Shown piece after piece: positions 60,129-64,000 of a DNA stretch of 64,000 bases (the first letter of the stretch is position 1; each line of letters opens with the position of its first letter). Below the pieces are notes generated by a model. The model ran no database searches. It saw only the letters and a list, made by a program, of their open reading frames with translations, and was not told where the DNA came from. The translations under genes and the position numbers were made by a program. Source of the stretch: Planctomycetota bacterium (GTDB lineage: Bacteria; Planctomycetota; UBA11346); contig JBBRLJ010000004.1 in the NCBI GenBank assembly GCA_038231435.1, positions 32,001 through 96,000 of the forward strand, given 5' to 3'.

Positions 60129-61121
60129 GTGCACATCACCTTCCTCGGCACCTCCGCCGGCGTGCCCACGCTCGGACGCAACGTCACCAGCCAGGCGGTG
60201 ACCTTCGATCATGGCGGGATTTGGCTGCTCGACTGCGGCGAGGCCACGCAGCACCAGCTGATGCGCGCGGGCCTCAGGCCGATGAAGATCGAGCGCATCC
60301 TGATCACGCACCTGCACGGCGATCACTGCTTCGGCTTGCCCGGCGTGCTCTCGACCATGGCGATCAATGGCCGCACCGAACCGGTGCGGTTGATCGGCCC
60401 GCGCGGCGTGCGCGAACTGATCGAGACCACCCTGCGCATCTCGGATTCGTTCATGCCCTTCTCGCTCGACATCACCGAGCTCGATCCGTTGAGCACTGGC
60501 CGCGAGCTCGGTACCTGGGATGGATGGACGGTCTCGTCGCACCCGCTGCCGCACCGCGTGCCGTGCTTCGGCTACTGCCTGACTGAAGGCGTGCGCCCCG
60601 GGCGCTTCCATCCGGATCGCGCCGAAGCGCTCGGCGTGCCTGCGGGGCGGCTCTTCGGCGAACTGCAGCGCGGGCGCGCGGTGACGCTCGCCGATGGCCG
60701 CGCCGTCCAGCCCAACCAGGTCGCCGATCCGCCGCGTCCGGGGCGCAAGTTGGTGCTGCTCGGCGACACCTCGGACCCGAGCGCGCTGCTCGAAGCGGGG
60801 AGCGACTGCGATCTGCTGGTCTGCGAGACCACCTATGATCGCGCCCGCGAGGACAAGGCCCGCCAATGGGGCCACAGCACCACGCGCATGACCGCGGACT
60901 TCGCCCACCGCCTGCGCGCGCGCGCGCTGATCATCACCCATTTCAGCAGCCGCTACACCGAAGGCGACGCCAGCGACGCGGCGCAGGGCGATGACGAGGA
61001 TGGCGTAGCGCCCACCCTGAGCGTCGATGACCTGCTCGCTGAAGCCGCCGAAGCCTGTCCGGGAACCACGGTCCTCGCCGCCCGCGATCTGTGGAAATAT
61101 ACGATCTCTGCGAAGGACTGA
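60129..61121 (+). CDS. rnz: Ribonuclease Z
   Basis: FLGTSAGVPT, DCGEATQ, THLHGDH, GVPAG flexible arm, GHST and THFSSRY. Confidence 0.95.
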   Translation: MHITFLGTSAGVPTLGRNVTSQAVTFDHGGIWLLDCGEATQHQLMRAGLRPMKIERILITHLHGDHCFGLPGVLSTMAINGRTEPVRLIGPRGVRELIETTLRISDSFMPFSLDITELDPLSTGRELGTWDGWTVSSHPLPHRVPCFGYCLTEGVRPGRFHPDRAEALGVPAGRLFGELQRGRAVTLADGRAVQPNQVADPPRPGRKLVLLGDTSDPSALLEAGSDCDLLVCETTYDRAREDKARQWGHSTTRMTADFAHRLRARALIITHFSSRYTEGDASDAAQGDDEDGVAPTLSVDDLLAEAAEACPGTTVLAARDLWKYTISAKD

Positions 61122-61134
61122 GGACGACGGAGCG

Positions 61135-61280
61135 TCGGTTTCTCGGCTGTCGGCTGACCGGCTTCAAACTTCAATCTTCAGACTTCAATCTTCGGTCTTC
61201 CATCTTCCGTCTTCTGTATCCGTGCCACGGAGACGGCAGGAGAAGACGGAAGACCGAAGACCGAAGACTCGAGACCGGAG
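61135..61280. repeat. Inverted heptamer arrays (NNTCTTC arm ... GAAGANN arm)
   Basis: tcttcgg tcttcca tcttccg tcttc ... gaagacg gaagacc gaagacc gaagact. Confidence 0.88.
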
Positions 61281-61289
61281 AGCGATTCC

Positions 61290-61922
61290 CTACTCCACCC
61301 GTGTCTTCGTCTTGTTGTCCTTCCACCACGCTTCCCACGCGTCGTGCAGCACCTTCTTGTTCTCCTGGTGCCACTGCGCCCAGATGCGCGCCTCGGCGTC
61401 GAGCGGCAGGTCGTGCTTGTCGCGCACCGGGACCGGGGTCAGGCCGTTCGCGCCGGCAGGCTGCGCCGCGGCGGGGATCTCGCGGTGCTTGGTCAGCTCC
61501 TGGAGCGTCTTGTCGGCATGGAAGGCGACCAGCGGCTGATCGTCGACCAGCGCGGCGATCAGGTGTTCGACGCAGGTCTTGGTGCCGATCGATTGCAGGA
61601 CCTCGACGCAGCCCATGCGCACGCCCCAGTCGGTATCGGTGCGCATGGCATCAATGACCTTGGTCTCGATCGCCGAGCCGCGGCGGGTGAGTTTGCCCAC
61701 CGCCTCGTCGTAGAGCGCCGAGCCTTCGATGTCCTTGACGTCCTTGCCGCGCGCGAGCTGAGCGAGCTCGGCCTTGATGTCCTGTTCGGTGGTGTCCACC
61801 TTGGGCTGGGCATCGGCGTGGAAGATCGGATCGCGGTCCTCGCAACCGACGACGAACACCGCGCACGCGACCGCGGCCACCAGCCAACCCGTTATACCCA
61901 GACCGCTCGTGCGTCGACGCAT
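61290..61922 (-). CDS. HEAT-repeat lipoprotein
   Basis: Lipobox VVGC; HEAT-like DWGVRMGCVEVLQSIG...LIAALVD; GGAGG SD. Confidence 0.8.
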   Translation of the reverse strand: MRRRTSGLGITGWLVAAVACAVFVVGCEDRDPIFHADAQPKVDTTEQDIKAELAQLARGKDVKDIEGSALYDEAVGKLTRRGSAIETKVIDAMRTDTDWGVRMGCVEVLQSIGTKTCVEHLIAALVDDQPLVAFHADKTLQELTKHREIPAAAQPAGANGLTPVPVRDKHDLPLDAEARIWAQWHQENKKVLHDAWEAWWKDNKTKTRVE

Positions 61923-62064
61923 GGTGCCTCCGGCCGCGGATCCTCCCCCACCGGACGGTGAAGTCCAACCGCCGGCCCGAGCCCCGTTTCCTGGTGCACC
62001 ACGCGCCCGATGCACTCTGGCATCGTCTTTGTGTCCAGACGCGCCGCAGGCCGCGTCTCCAGAC

Positions 62065-63405
62065 CTACCTGCCCGTTTCTTCCTGGGGGGCAGGCCGAAG
62101 GCCGATGTTGGGGGGCCGTAGTCCCCCAACTGACAGCACCTCGAGCATGCTTCGCGCCTGCGTATCCGCGGGATCCGCCGAGAGCTCCTCGCGCAGCACC
62201 ACGCGCGCCTCGTCGAGCCGATCGTGCCGGACGAGCAGATCGGCGAGATGCAGCCGCGCCGCGCCCGTGCCTTGGCCGGCGGCTGCCACCGCCTGGCGGT
62301 AGAGCGCTTCGGCGCGTTCCCACGCCCCGGACTTGTCGGCGATCGCGCCGGCCCACACCAGCACGCCGGGGTCGAGCTCGCCCGCCGCCAGCAGCGGCTC
62401 GAGCGCATTCGCCGCCGCCGCGGTGTCGCCAGCGCGCAGCGCGATACGCGCTGCGAAGAGGCGTGCGTGACGGGTGCGGCTCTCCTCGGGCACGCGATCC
62501 AGCCATGCCAGCGCCTGCGGGGTATCGCCCGCCTCGGCGGCCGCGCGCGCCGCGGCGAGCAGCAGCGGCGGATCGATGGACTTGGCGTCGAGCGAGGCGG
62601 TGGCCAGCACGCGGAAGTTCACCAGCGCCGCCTGGGGCTGGCCGCTGCCCAGCTGGGCGTCGGCGAGCCGGCGTCGGTCGAAAGGTTCCTGGGACACCAG
62701 CCACGCCGCCTCGAGCGCGGCGAGCGCGGCCTGCTGATCGCCGCGGTCCTGCTCGGCCCAAGCGAGCTGGCGCCACAGGTCGGCGTTCTGGGGATCGTGC
62801 GCAAGCGCGCCACGCGCGGCGACCGCGGCCTCCGCCGAACGGCCCGAGCGCGTCAGCACCGCCACGTCGAGGCGGCGCACGCCCTGATCCGCCGGGAATC
62901 GCGCGAGCGCCTGCTGGTCGAGCACGGTGGCGAGACGCAGGTCATTCATCCCGAGCGCGGCCTGGGCGTAGAGCATCAGCGCCGGCGCGTCGGCGGTCGC
63001 CGGATCGCAATGCGCGGCCAGTAGCTGGATCGCCTCCGCCCACGCTTCATGCGCCGCCGATTGGCGCGCCAGCGCGAGCGCGGCCTCATGCAGCGACGGA
63101 TCGAGGCGCAGCGCGTCGCGGTATTCCTGAGTCGCTTCCGGCTCGTGGCCGAGGATCGACTGGGCGTGGCCGCGCGCCAACGCCACCAATGCGTGCGGCT
63201 TGCCCTGGTACGCCGCCAGGATCGCCCACTGCTCTGCGGGGTTGGTCGAGGCCTGGACCGCGCGCAGCACCCGCGCGACCTCCTCGGGCACGGTGCGCGC
63301 CTCGCTCGCGTGGGCGGGCGGCGCGGCGAGCACCACGAACACGACAACCAGGACCATCAGCCTCGACAGCCCCGATACCGATCCGTAGACGATGCGCGCG
63401 CTCAC
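62065..63405 (-). CDS. Exported TPR protein associated with tonB
   Basis: Signal peptide (PAHA), Ala-rich TPR units; GTGA overlap with tonB. Confidence 0.82.
   Translation of the reverse strand: MSARIVYGSVSGLSRLMVLVVVFVVLAAPPAHASEARTVPEEVARVLRAVQASTNPAEQWAILAAYQGKPHALVALARGHAQSILGHEPEATQEYRDALRLDPSLHEAALALARQSAAHEAWAEAIQLLAAHCDPATADAPALMLYAQAALGMNDLRLATVLDQQALARFPADQGVRRLDVAVLTRSGRSAEAAVAARGALAHDPQNADLWRQLAWAEQDRGDQQAALAALEAAWLVSQEPFDRRRLADAQLGSGQPQAALVNFRVLATASLDAKSIDPPLLLAAARAAAEAGDTPQALAWLDRVPEESRTRHARLFAARIALRAGDTAAAANALEPLLAAGELDPGVLVWAGAIADKSGAWERAEALYRQAVAAAGQGTGAARLHLADLLVRHDRLDEARVVLREELSADPADTQARSMLEVLSVGGLRPPNIGLRPAPQEETGR
62083..62136 (-). repeat. REP-like double-hairpin element, copy 2
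   Basis: Reverse complement: ctgtca gttggggg actacgg cccccc aac atc GGCC ttc GGCC tgccccccag. Confidence 0.8.
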
Positions 63406-64000
63406 GGCGGGCTCCAGTGGACGGGATGCACCACCACCGACGGCACCGCCTGGCCACTACGCCGCTCGGGGCGGAAACGCAGACTCATGCCGAGCTTGCG
63501 CGCCTGCTCCTCGAATTCGCCCGGCGGATCGCTCGACAGCACCGCGCAATCGAGCACGCGGCCGTCGGCATCGATGGTCAAGCGCAGGCGCGTGTCGCCG
63601 GCGATGCCGCGGCGCAGCGCCGAGCGCGGATAGAAGCGCTCGAGATTGATGGGGCTCACCAGCTCGGGCATCGCATCGCCTGGGCCAAGCGCCGCCATCG
63701 CCGGAAGGCGGTCGTCGCTATCGGGGCCCGCGGCGCCGGCGGCGTCGCTGACGAATTCGGGAAGCGCCAGCGGCAGCACCGGCAACGCCGGCGCGGCGAG
63801 CTCGGAGGGCGCGCGTGGAAGCGTCGGACCCTGGTCGAGATCGGGCAGCTCGAGCGCCTGTGGCGGCACCGCCACCTGCGCCTCGGCGGCTGGAGCGCGC
63901 GCGGGCGCGGTGGGTTGCGGCGCCTCGACGGCGGGGTCGGCGAAGGTAATGCGCTGGATCGGCGGCAGCGCGATCGTCTCGAGCACCGGTTGAGCGCGCG
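63402..64000 (-). CDS. tonB: Energy transducer TonB (5' end outside the window)
   Basis: Pro-rich linker, then YPRSALRRGIAG...IDADGRV...S.PPGEFE..A...RFRP; frame open to the window edge. Confidence 0.85.
   Translation of the reverse strand, partial: RAQPVLETIALPPIQRITFADPAVEAPQPTAPARAPAAEAQVAVPPQALELPDLDQGPTLPRAPSELAAPALPVLPLALPEFVSDAAGAAGPDSDDRLPAMAALGPGDAMPELVSPINLERFYPRSALRRGIAGDTRLRLTIDADGRVLDCAVLSSDPPGEFEEQARKLGMSLRFRPERRSGQAVPSVVVHPVHWSPP

Overview
A 64 kb, very GC-rich (roughly 70% by eye) chromosomal window from a diderm bacterium. The large kinase/FGE, FHA, TPR/HEAT and divergent GspF genes suggest an uncultured Planctomycetota/PVC-like lineage, which is inference only. Housekeeping genes: a complete F1Fo ATP synthase operon (atpZI-BEFHAGDC), gcvP behind a tandem glycine riboswitch, rplS, lgt, tsaE, tgt, rnhA, rnz, yraN and pgeF/yfiH. 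Accessory modules: (i) a T6SS spike/effector cluster (vgrG, DUF2169, AHH-like nuclease, Imm11-like immunity, KS-like protein, PAAR-like DUF4150, mini-spike, TIGR02270) translationally coupled behind yfiH, with no core T6SS genes in the window; (ii) three divergent GspF/PilC-like genes plus three small pilin-like genes; (iii) a coupled Ser/Thr kinase-FGE / outer-membrane barrel / FecR trio, whose kinase carries an array of about 13 Thr motifs resembling FHA docking sites; (iv) an FHA-containing probable pseudokinase; (v) a surface beta-propeller gene with an AT-rich core spliced in-frame between GC-rich ends. Non-coding patterns: eight intergenic GAAGANN heptamer arrays (mostly inverted), a two-copy REP-like element with compensatory stem changes, and a recurrent TANNNT motif 6-7 nt before start codons that lack a Shine-Dalgarno (probable leaderless mRNAs). 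No rRNA, tRNA, CRISPR array, transposase or integrase was recognised. All family calls are by motif recognition, not database search.
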